This document shows, one piece after another, positions 53,923-64,000 of a stretch of DNA of 64,000 nucleotides. The stretch spans positions 69,300,517 through 69,364,516 of the forward strand of contig NC_081363.1 in the NCBI RefSeq assembly GCF_030684315.1. The letters run 5' to 3'. The number at the start of each line of letters is the position of its first letter. The stretch's first letter is position 1. The position numbers were made by a program, and so were the translations under genes. The notes under the pieces are model-generated. The model did no database searches and was not told the DNA's origin. It was given only the letters and a program-made list of their open reading frames with translations. This DNA comes from Stegostoma tigrinum. Lineage: Eukaryota.

Positions 53923-54975
53923 TAAATTGAATGAGAGTACTAACAAAATTCCATCTTCTCTTGTGATATATGCTTATGGCTGGTGTCAGGTAAACAAAAT
54001 CTATAGAATTACTTTGAAACCATGTGTTTGCATTCTACCTTTTGTCAACTAAGATTTGGAATAAGTAGAAATTATTAAAGATGGCAGATTCCTACTGACA
54101 GTTATAAGCAATTTTCAGTTGTAGTTAATGTATTCTAAGGAGGATCCTGAGATATTGGACAAGGTGCCAAAAAAAGAGAGACTTCAGAATGTAAATGTTC
54201 TAACAATCCGGAAAGCCTGTACAAGCTAGAGCTTTTCAGGGAAGGCTGGCAGACATCATTTAGACAATGAGAGTCTGAATGTAGAGAGAACGTTTTGACT
54301 TGTTGGCGTGACCATAACTTGGAGTTATAAATACAAGATAGCCATTATAGAGAATTTAAGAAAAACCTCTTCTACAAAAAGCATGGTAACTATCTGAAAA
54401 ACAGTATCACATGGGGGACTTAATACACTTATTATTTTCAGTAGGATAAGGGGATGTTCGTGTGGAATATGAAGCTGGTGTGGACCGTTTTGGTTAAATG
54501 TCCCATTTCCCTACAGTCTTGATGCGATACCTCACTGCTTCATTATTTATTTCAAATACTCTTTTTCAAGTTTGATTGAGTCTTGCACTAGGATCTGCTT
54601 GCTTTGGCAGCAAAAAGCAGCGTATTGCCTGAAAGGTTATCAGCACAAACCCACTTGGTCACCCTCTCCAATCAGTGATTCTGCCATCAGATCCTACTCT
54701 GCCAAGAAAATAGAAGGGAAGTAATGCAACATGAGTCATTCTGTCATGTTTCCTAGTCGCTGCATCAAACATTTGCATTATTCAGATCCTAAGAGTAGGT
54801 GGCCAGCCTGTTAACATTGCGTGACATGCATGTTTTGAGGGAGGAGGAGAAGTAGTAAAAGGGAACATTGTGATATAAATGTAGGCTTTTATACTTTTTG
54901 AAGTGAGAAACGTATTTGCTGTTGATGCAATTACTGTGTTTTGATCTTAATTTTGATTTTGATCTCTGTCATCAG

Positions 54976-55020
54976 GTGTTGTGCTGCCAGTATTTGAGCA
55001 TTACCAGGAAGGAGGAGACA
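54976..55020 (+). CDS. ATP6V1D: ATP6V1D exon 5 (VVLPVFEHYQEGGDS)
   Basis: Hand translation; TCAG acceptor, GTGAGT donor; 45 bp. Confidence 0.96.
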
Positions 55021-57418
55021 GTGAGTAAAAGCAGACAAGCACATCGCCAAGAGGGTGGATACTGTTACGATTCCAGCTGATGGTTATGCTGGACAAATCT
55101 GATCCCAGAATAAAACATAGCTAGATCATATGGAGTCCTATAGCATAGAAATGGACCTTTCTTGGTGGCTTGTCCGGACTAACCAGGCATCCTAAGCTGA
55201 CCTTGTCCCATTTGCCAGCATTTGGCCCATATTTCTCTAAACTCTTCCTATTCATATACTCAGGAATTCTTTTACTTTTATTTTAAATGTATCCCTTAAC
55301 TCTCTGGTCAGTTTGAGAGTGAGGGTTTATATTCATGAAGACTGGGTTTGTTTGCAGATATTATTTACATTACCTTGTTCATCTGTGTTCTGCCAAAGTC
55401 CCATTCTTAATAAATTGTTAATTTTTGTTTAAGTTATGAACGTAGTTTCCAAGATTTTTTACTTGTAAAGTTTTTGATTAGGAACCGTTGAGCAATTTTG
55501 AGAGTCATCGAATATTTCAAGCTCACTGTTTTGCAAATCCAGTGACAGCGAGGCTGATTTGGTATGTTATGCTGCCCCTGTGCGATAACAAATGGTACAG
55601 TTTCTTTTAATGGAAGAGCAAGAAACGAGTTGGAACAGAGGACGTACAGTCCATGAGAAAACAGGGCAGTGAAATTAGTTTTGGATTACTCTGGCAAAGA
55701 CCAGCACAGATATGACAAACTGAATTAACTCCTCTGTGCTGTAACTATATAGCAGTTTTTAAACTTTTTAACCACTATCCACCTCATATTCAGAACTTGT
55801 CATGAACACAGTCTAAAATGAAGAGAACTTGTAAGTTTGGTCCTTGGAAATGAGTGGTAATTTACAATGTCCCTAAATGTGTTATTGGCCCTTACTCTCA
55901 GCAAACTTTCTGCAACTCCCTGTAAACACTCTCTCGAATTTTTTTTTTCATCCCATCACAGAACTGAAATGCTTTTAAGCAAAATCACCAGGTGGCATCT
56001 TCTGACTGTGACCAGTTTACCTCCATGATCTCTCATGCCTTTGGCAGCTGCCAACACCAGCATCTTCCATTGTACCATCGTAACCCAGCTTTGGGATGTC
56101 CTTGCTTGGTATCACTTTTTTCTTAATTATAACTGTGGCATCTTGAGTAAATACCTCTTCTACATCCTTAACCTCTGTGTCCTGCAAGGAGCTATCCTTG
56201 ATGCCACTATTACATGTTGCAATTTGGAACTTCAATAGATGTAAAGTTCATTTCAACAGATTAAACATACCCAATTCTATCACTCTCACCCTTCCACTGT
56301 GCTATCATACTTTTGGATATCCACTTTCTTGGAGTTATGTATCTTTAACATAAGCTGTTTGATTTTGCAGCTTGTTAAATTATTTGCCTTAGTTACAGCC
56401 TGTCAGTCACAAACATCATGGTATAAGTCTTTTCTCCATTAACACCATAGGGGTCTGCTAGGCAGACAGTTGAAGACCTATGTCATCTTAGCAGCTATGT
56501 ATTCAGATCTCTGTTCCAGAATTACTTTCTGATCTTGTTTTGAAAATTCAAAAAAAACTTATGAATTGATCAAAATCCCTCTGTTTCTATTTTAAAACAT
56601 GATTTCCATCAAATGTAGCAAAGAGCTTTTGCATCAAATCCATATGGTTAGAATCTGTCCTTCACTGCATGCCTTTTTACAAGAAAATGTTCTGACCAGC
56701 AGAGATGTGGGTTTAAAAAAAATAAAGGGAGCCAATTTCTTTTAACTTACTTGGTGATGACAATACTTGCTAATCCATGACATTGTGCCCTGAATTACCA
56801 GTGAAGAGTTGATACCTTCAAATTCTCTTCGGTCCTTGATACATTGAGAATGGTATTGTTACAGCTCTGATCACTGCTACTCCACCCGACCACTTGTCAC
56901 TATTTCTTTATACCTTCCCTCATTAACTAATAATTTCTTTCTCTTAGTTACATTGTGCTACTTTCTGAACAAGTTGCTCTGCCTTTGATCTATCACATAT
57001 TGACTTCATTTATTTTCTATTCTGTGGGAATTTAGTAAAGCTTACACGTGACAACCAATAGGATCAGGGAAATGTTTACAGAAGCTAATATAATTGGAAA
57101 ACTTGCAGGAAAAAGCAAACGAAGGGAGGGACAGACTTGTGGATGGAATAACTGTTAGAAAAAATTGAAAGCAAGTTACAGAACCACAGTAAATGGGCAG
57201 GGGAAAAACTGTTATTGCAAAACAAGAATTTATAAAGAAAATCATAATCTTACCATCTTGATCTCTGTCGAGGAAACTTTTATTCAATGCAATACAAGCT
57301 TTAGATGTTATAAAACACAATACTCTGACTCAATGTGAATATTACAAGGTTACAGTGCTTCTAGTAATTAATCTGATGTGATCCTCTGAGATTTTTATTT
57401 TAATTTGCTGTTTATTAG

Positions 57419-57522
57419 GTTATGAGTTGACTGGTCTGGCTAGAGGTGGAGAACAGCTGGCTAAACTCAAGAGAAATTATGCAAAAGCAGTGGAGCTTCT
57501 GGTTGAACTGGCATCACTGCAG
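57419..57522 (+). CDS. ATP6V1D: ATP6V1D exon 6 (YELTGLARGGEQLAKLKRNYAKAVELLVELASLQ)
   Basis: Hand translation; TAG acceptor, GTAAG donor; 104 bp. Confidence 0.97.
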
Positions 57523-57774
57523 GTAAGAGAGAAAGATGAACGTGCTCTGATTCTGTAGCAGAAAATAGGTTTTAGGCTATTTAACAATAACGTGAATTAT
57601 TAAATAATCAGAAACGTACATCACTAATGATTTTGAAAAGCTTCAGAAAAATGCCAGTATCTACAATGAAAAACATGGCTGTTACGACCCTGATACAGAG
57701 ATTTTTAAGACTGGTCAATGGAAAAAACTTGAACTTTTCAATAACTATTGCATGAAATCTTGTGATAATTTCAG

Positions 57775-57841
57775 ACTTCCTTTGTGACACTGGATGAAGC
57801 TATTAAAATTACCAATAGACGTGTAAATGCAATTGAACATG
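57775..57841 (+). CDS. ATP6V1D: ATP6V1D exon 7 (TSFVTLDEAIKITNRRVNAIEH)
   Basis: Conserved TNRRVNAIEH motif; AG/GT; 67 bp. Confidence 0.97.
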
Positions 57842-59634
57842 GTAAGTTAAGTACTTTTTCTAATGCTTTGATTTTTAAGTCTAATGGAGGAGGCCCCTTA
57901 GAGCTTCAGGCAGTTCTGCCAGGATGTACTGAGACCCTGGTTGATCTGAGACTTACCTTTGTATTCCCACCTTTTCTCATCTTCAACAAAAATCAAAATT
58001 GGTTATTCAAATTAAAATCAAATTTAAAATAAGGGAGCTCTAAAACCCTTCTACCTTTTGTAAGTAAAAGTGTTTTGATCTTGTTTCTTAGAGGGCCTGG
58101 CTTTAATTATTAGACTATACTATGACATCTTGGAGTCCCCCGAAAGCAGAAGCTGTCTCTCAGTTCCCCTTAGTATCTATAACTTTAATCAAAACACTGC
58201 TTGACCTGTTAAATTCCAAAGGATATAACACTTCTTGAGGATTAAATTACACAGATTATACAGAGTCCTGGTATCATTCTGGTAAATCTATGCTGCACTC
58301 CCTCCATTGGTGCAATATCTGCTCACCAGGGTGCGACATCTTGTTTGTCTATCTTGAAATCCACCAGCTACAGTTTTCACTGATTATGTAATTTTTACCC
58401 TCCAAACTTTCATGGCTCCTTACAAAGTAATATTCTTGAGCTCTCAAACTTCTAGTGAGTCGTGCTGGAATCTTCACTTCTGTGAATGATGTTAGGCTTA
58501 ACTCTGATGACCCTCTGAGGGTGGTAGAAATATGGAACATGCGTGATAGGGTGATGGAGGCAGGTACTCTTGCAACATCTAAGAAGCATCTGGGCAAGCA
58601 TTTAATGCCAGGGCTTAGGAGTCAATGGACCAAGTGCAGTTAAATGGGATTAATATAGTTTGGTGTCTGGTCAGCATCGACATGGTGGGCTGGAGGACTA
58701 GTGACTCTATTATAAGGCAAGTATTCAGGATCTGTAGTGTGTGTATATACACTGGTTACCCATAAAAGTATTGAAACCATCCCAGCTTTCCGCACCCAAT
58801 TATCATACTCAATTTCTACTTCCATTCAAAGAGTTGTTTGGTATATTTATCAGTGAATCATTAGAAGTATTTCCATGGCAAATTTGTACCCTTTCCTGAA
58901 GTTAAAACTAATCCCAATATCTTTCTATTTTTCCATGTTCCCGTTGTTTCTTCGGCTTCAAATGTTTATCTGATTTTCCCATAGAAGGTGCAGTCTTCTC
59001 CTCTTGGACTGCTTCTGGGAAATCATTGCATGTTTCTGCAATTCTCTGAATTTTTTTTCTTGATCTCGTTCTCCATTTTGAGAATCTTTTAACTGGTGAC
59101 TGTTAATTACCAATTTACCAACTAGAAAACTAACTTGACCAAAATCAATGTAACTCTTGAGGCCCACGGTATCAGTACAGAAATAGATTTTCATAGGACT
59201 GTGGGCAAAATGTAGTTTAGAGTGTGGCCTTTCCTAATACTATCAAGTAATGAATTAGGGATGTATCCACTCCTCTGTACCTTTATTGATGCAAAGTAGA
59301 AGGGTCGATAGGGTAGATAGTATTACCTATGCTAAATTGTGTAATGAAATCAGAGCCTTAGAATTAGGTTGGGTAAGTAAATACAAGATTTTCAAATAGC
59401 TTTGTGTACATTAAGTATGCAATTACATGTACGCCAATTTGTTTATATGGTACCTTTTAACATAATAAAATATGTAGAAGTCTACTCTTAGTGTAACACA
59501 GAATGTGTAGAAGTTACAGATGCTCAGAAGGGAGATGTTAATGCCTGTTTAGTCATGTTGTTAAAGTTTATTTTTTAAAATAGCCAGCTAGTGACTATAA
59601 ATAATCTGAGCACAATTAAATAGGGACGGGCTCT

Positions 59635-59730
59635 TTGCGTATAGTGGTAGTGTCCCTGAGCCAGCCGGCCTGGGTTCAAGTCCCACCTGCTCCACAGTAT
59701 GTAATAACACCTCTGATCAGACTGATGAGA
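59635..59730 (+). mobile_element. Short tRNA-derived SINE (relatives at about 13430-13500, 42420-42620, 43340-43415 and 47985-48070)
   Basis: Shared TAGTGGTAGTGTCCCT...GGCCTGGGTTCAAGTCCCACCTGCTCCA with box A/B. Confidence 0.6.
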
Positions 59731-60257
59731 GAATATACAAATAAATAGGGAGCAGCTATGACACTAGGTATGGATTGAGAGAAGCAAGACTGAGGAACTC
59801 AATTAGCTGTCTCCACAAAACATATATGAGGTTTATTTTCAATTTCGCCATCTGTCTTGGATTCTATTACACAAGACTGGAGTGATTATTTTACCACCCT
59901 TCTAAAGATTCAAGCACCTTCATCAAGAGATCATGAACATAGATTTGCATTTAACCTGAAGTAAATACTGGATCAATGGAATCAAATATTATTCGGTATA
60001 TATTGTTCAATGTTTCATTCGACTATAAAAAATTGCAACTTCTATTTCATTTTTTTGCGAGTGGAAAATATATTGCTTTTATGTACAACCTTTACTCGTG
60101 CAGATGGGGGAAAAGGTACGAAAAGTTGTCGTCCACAGAACTTCAGGGTAAACATGCAAATTTAGGATTAGAATGGATTGGTCATAATGCAGTCATAATT
60201 ATTTATTATTAAGTTACGTACTCAGTAAGTAGTAACTACTCTCCCATTTTACTTAAG

Positions 60258-60336
60258 TGATAATTCCTCGGATTGAGCGCACTTTATCTTATATCATAAC
60301 TGAGTTGGATGAGCGAGAAAGGGAAGAATTTTATCG
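60258..60336 (+). CDS. ATP6V1D: ATP6V1D exon 8 (IIPRIERTLSYIITELDEREREEFYR)
   Basis: Conserved ELDE.EREEF.R motif; AAG acceptor, GTAAGT donor; 79 bp. Confidence 0.96.
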
Positions 60337-60505
60337 GTAAGTGATGGAAGCATTTTTTTTAGTCTTTAGAGAACTCTTGTCAGCTGTTTTCCAACATTAA
60401 AATTTATTTTACTGTCAGTTGGAGCCTCTTAAATACAGATCTCCACATGCTTCACAAAACATATGCTCACCTATTTATTCTGTAAATGCAGCGAAGTTCA
60501 ATTGT

Positions 60506-60591
60506 GAAGGGTCTAGGCCCGAAACATCAGCTTTTGTGCTCCTGAGATGCTGCTGGGCCTGCTGTGTTCATCCGGCCTCACATTTCATTAT
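60506..60591 (+). mobile_element. Single-arm Penelope pLTR fragment in ATP6V1D intron 8
   Basis: Exact 14-bp TSD CGAAGTTCAATTGT at 60492-60505 and 60592-60605; starts inside the hammerhead (GAAGGGTCTAGGCCCGAAACATC). Confidence 0.83.
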
Positions 60592-60686
60592 CGAAGTTCA
60601 ATTGTTGTTCACTTTGACTGCTCTCTATACTGAACAACCATGATTGATATATGTTTAAGTAATTTCCAATTTCTTCACATTTGCAG

Positions 60687-60825
60687 GTTGAAAAAGATTC
60701 AGGAAAAGAAAAAGCAGTTGAAGGAGAAGATAGAGAAAGAACAGGAAGGACAGAGGCTAAAATCTACCAATGCACCAGCCAACCTACTTGAAGAAGAAAA
60801 GGACGAGGATCTGCTGTTTGATTGA
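60687..60825 (+). CDS. ATP6V1D: ATP6V1D last exon (LKKIQEKKKQLKEKIEKEQEGQRLKSTNAPANLLEEEKDEDLLFD*)
   Basis: ORF 60640..60825; the nine exons sum to 741 bp = 246 aa plus stop. Confidence 0.97.
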
Positions 60826-63800
60826 AATGATTGAGTGGCTTTGGTTACCTGCAATTAAAAGTAGCAAGCATTTTGAGCTTGACTATTAACACTTGTGATG
60901 TATTTGTATATTTGTCGTATTTAACTTGTGATGTATGATGAGCCCAGCCAGTTGTCAAGTGAATGCTGTTTCATACAGGTTCACAGGTTTTGTCTTTACG
61001 TTTGAATAAGACATGGTCACATGTTGTCATCAGTGCCTGTATGGTCATGAGTTATTAAATGACTTAAATTATTAATTGTGTTAGGAATTGCTCAGAGCCA
61101 GTAAAATACATTCCCTTGCACATTTTGAGCCTATGATAGATGGGTCTTCAAAATTGATGATTGAATAGTTTGAAAAATTATTGTTCACTTTCTAATGTTT
61201 GAATTCCCATTTATTGCTTGATAAATTTTAACTAATTAGAATGCTGCACAATTTGCAACTGAATGAAATTAAGTAAAATGATTATTATACCATTCAGTAT
61301 AATTTATTTCTATTCAGTATTGTATGCAGCAATGACATTTTTTTTTCCTGTGTCCTAATATTCAGTGATTGTCAACTCCAGTTTGTGTGTTTTCATCCTA
61401 AAACTGAATTAATTTGCCTGTTGCATCGGAAAGGAGAACATGGATAGACTTTATTTTGATAAACCGTGTCATATTCTGCAATTTGAGGTTTGCAGAGAAA
61501 GTCCCTTTTGAAAACAGTCAACTCAGATGGAGACGTTTTTCCTTGTCTGTTGCTTAATCTGCATATTTCCCAGTAGGATTTTCTGGACCAGAGGATCTAC
61601 CTGATCCTTGGCTCCAATCCAAGTTCATTACCAGATAGTTATAGTGCCCATTTTTTCCTTTTGCTGAGGCCAACACCAGTTTCCTTCTAGATATATTAGG
61701 CTTGCCCAAAACCTGACTATAAAAGTAGTGTTTAATGAAAATGACATTTGTTTATTTCTGTGTGGTCAGAGGTCCACAATATGTTCATTTGGGACTATCA
61801 TATAATTGAAGACAAAGCAATGGATTACCATCTTAAAATTGAATGAGCAAAGCTGCACAAACTGTGGTTGGACACTCATGATTGCTTGCTAGCTTTTGGC
61901 TGCTGTACATATGTAGTCTTGCATAGTTGAGACTTGAGGCTTAAAAATTGCATGGACTAATATTGTTGAAGTAAATGTACTTTTGTGCTGTACCCTCAGT
62001 GACCGAGTTTTCATTGGACAATCGACCCTAATATATGTAAATTCAACTTGTTTAGATTGAGGTGAAAAGAAAAATAGTCTTCGCAAAATACAGTGTTTGG
62101 AACTTGAAGGCTTGTTTATAGACAGTCTTTAGTTCGAAAGGTGATTTTCTAGATGATGTAAAATGTAAACTGAATTGTTTGCTTTGAGGAATTTAAAATG
62201 AACCAGCGCCTGATCAAATATAGTTCATAAAAATGACTGTTTCAGAAAAGCACTCTGAGAAGTTACAAAAGTAATAAGTCAGAACTAAAGACTTACTATT
62301 TGAATGTTACATACATTCCCATACAATCAAATATGTCATGATGTGATTGCTGTTAGAGACATTGCTGGAAGATGGCAAAAATTGAGACATGAATAGTTCA
62401 GGGTACATCACATGTAGGAAGACAGGAAAAGGTGGAATTGTAGGTATGTTAATTAAAAATGACATTTGCAATACAAAGAATGCTTTAGTTTTGTAGATTG
62501 AAGTTGGCCTGATTTTTCCCAGCCCCTGAATGATGTTGTCGATGATAAAACAATTCGGAAAATATGGCACGTTTAGAAAAATGAGATTCTTGATGTTGAG
62601 CAAAATAAGAGTCTGATTTTTGCACCCAAAGGCTAAATAGGGAGACACTATTATTAGTGAGCAGTGAAAGGCCTATTTACATCTCATTATTACTTATTCT
62701 TGCTCATTTATTTGCAGTTTGCTATACTGCCCCATTGTGGAGAGAATGTAGATAGTAACAAATCCTGACAGGAGAAAGTGGGTACAGTTTGCTGCTTGCA
62801 TCTATGAGCCTCCATATTAGCCAGCAGAGTCCAGAACTTGGGGCATGCTTCATGGGTAGGTACCTGCAATTCCCTGCCCAAGCGTTGGCATTGGATTTAA
62901 ACCAGTCTCGCCACATGACTGTGGCACTGGTGTCTGAAATTTTAGCAGCCCTAGCTGTGGGCAAATACTTCCACCAGTGGACAGTGTGACAGTGGGACAT
63001 TGAGGTGTCATGCATACATGTTGAGGTAAGTGACCAGAATTGGACAAGATAACCTGTTGAATTTCACTGAGAGTAATCCTCCGTGACACTTGGCCAGATT
63101 TTGCTACAGTTTACACTGTTGAGTTAATTTGAGTAGAGTTAAGAAATAGTTATGACTGGCAGAAGTGATTTTTTAGGCTTTCCCCATGTAATCATGCTAA
63201 GATGTGGTACATAGTATGTAATAATGGAGCATTGTGAGAAAGGTACTGCGATAGCAGATAACTTTACATTTAGATTTCCAGTTTGTTAGGTTGAAAGGCC
63301 ATATGGATCAATACAGGCAATAGACTGTTTTTGGGACAGCTGCTTACAGCAGTGTGCTCTACAGCCAACAAGAGAGCAAGTTACACTTAATCTGATAATG
63401 TGTAACGTGACAGGATTACTGAATGGTTTCATAATGAAGGTTCTAGGTAGCTAGTCGTATTATTATTGAATTTCCCACTCAGTTTGAAGGAGAGAAGAGT
63501 GAATCTAAGACTAGTATTTGAAACTAATGTAAGCAATCACGAGGGCCTGAAAACAGTGGGCTAAAGTAAACTGGGAAATTAAAGGTCAGTAGATATACAA
63601 TGGCAGACATCAAGGAAAATATTTCAAAATGCATTTTAAGGAAAATAAATAATCTAAGAGAAGAACGTGTCATTTGTGGCTAACTCAGGAAGTTAAAGGT
63701 AGTGAAAGAAAAATAATCTCTGTAAAGATGTCAGGAAGGTGAGAAGATGGGTCAGAATATAAATAACAGTAAGGAATAAATAAAAGCTTTGCAAAAAGGG

Positions 63801-64000
63801 AGCTAGAAATCTTAAAACAGATAGCATGAGTTTGTATAGGTATTTAAGGAAGGAATGATTAAAGTGGGCACTACAGTACCAGAGGGCAGGTTTGGGGATT
63901 TAATAATGGAAACTAGGTTTGCATCAATTCATTGTAGAGGATACAAATAACATTCTGGAAATACCTATGCATCAGGAGGTGAAAGGAAAGGAGGAATGTA

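Noticed and set aside
53127-53930. GTAAATTGA repeat as the TSD of the young CR1
   Set aside because: CR1 homology continues upstream of the first copy, so the match is probably coincidental
62722-63089. Overlapping short ORFs downstream of ATP6V1D; considered as the PALS1/MPP5 3' end
   Set aside because: No recognisable protein motif or consistent splice-frame structure

Overview
Vertebrate nuclear DNA, most likely from a shark (HE1/V-SINEs, Deu-domain SINEs, dense CR1/L2 LINEs and Penelope-like elements). It holds two complete housekeeping genes arranged head-to-head around a CpG island at about 43.5-44.5 kb, the arrangement known from human 14q23. EIF2S1 (eIF2-alpha) is on the minus strand: 7 coding exons at 39616-15336 giving 315 aa, plus a likely non-coding first exon. 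ATP6V1D (V-ATPase V1 subunit D) is on the plus strand: 9 coding exons at 44694-60825 giving 246 aa. All coding exon boundaries were read by hand, are GT-AG and join in frame. The rest is mostly retroelements, plus a gapped (GAGAGTGA)n satellite. The most notable unexplained structure is a set of 11 Penelope-type terminal repeats (pLTRs) from three sequence families, most retaining all or part of a minimal hammerhead ribozyme motif (CTGAnGA-stem II-GAAA-stem III). One sits on a 2.1-kb RT/GIY-YIG Penelope copy and one on a 3' fragment. The others are tiny 85-450 bp non-coding insertions. Six of these are fold-back (inverted) or derived from fold-backs, and several have 11-15 bp target-site duplications. 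One sits inside the bidirectional promoter.
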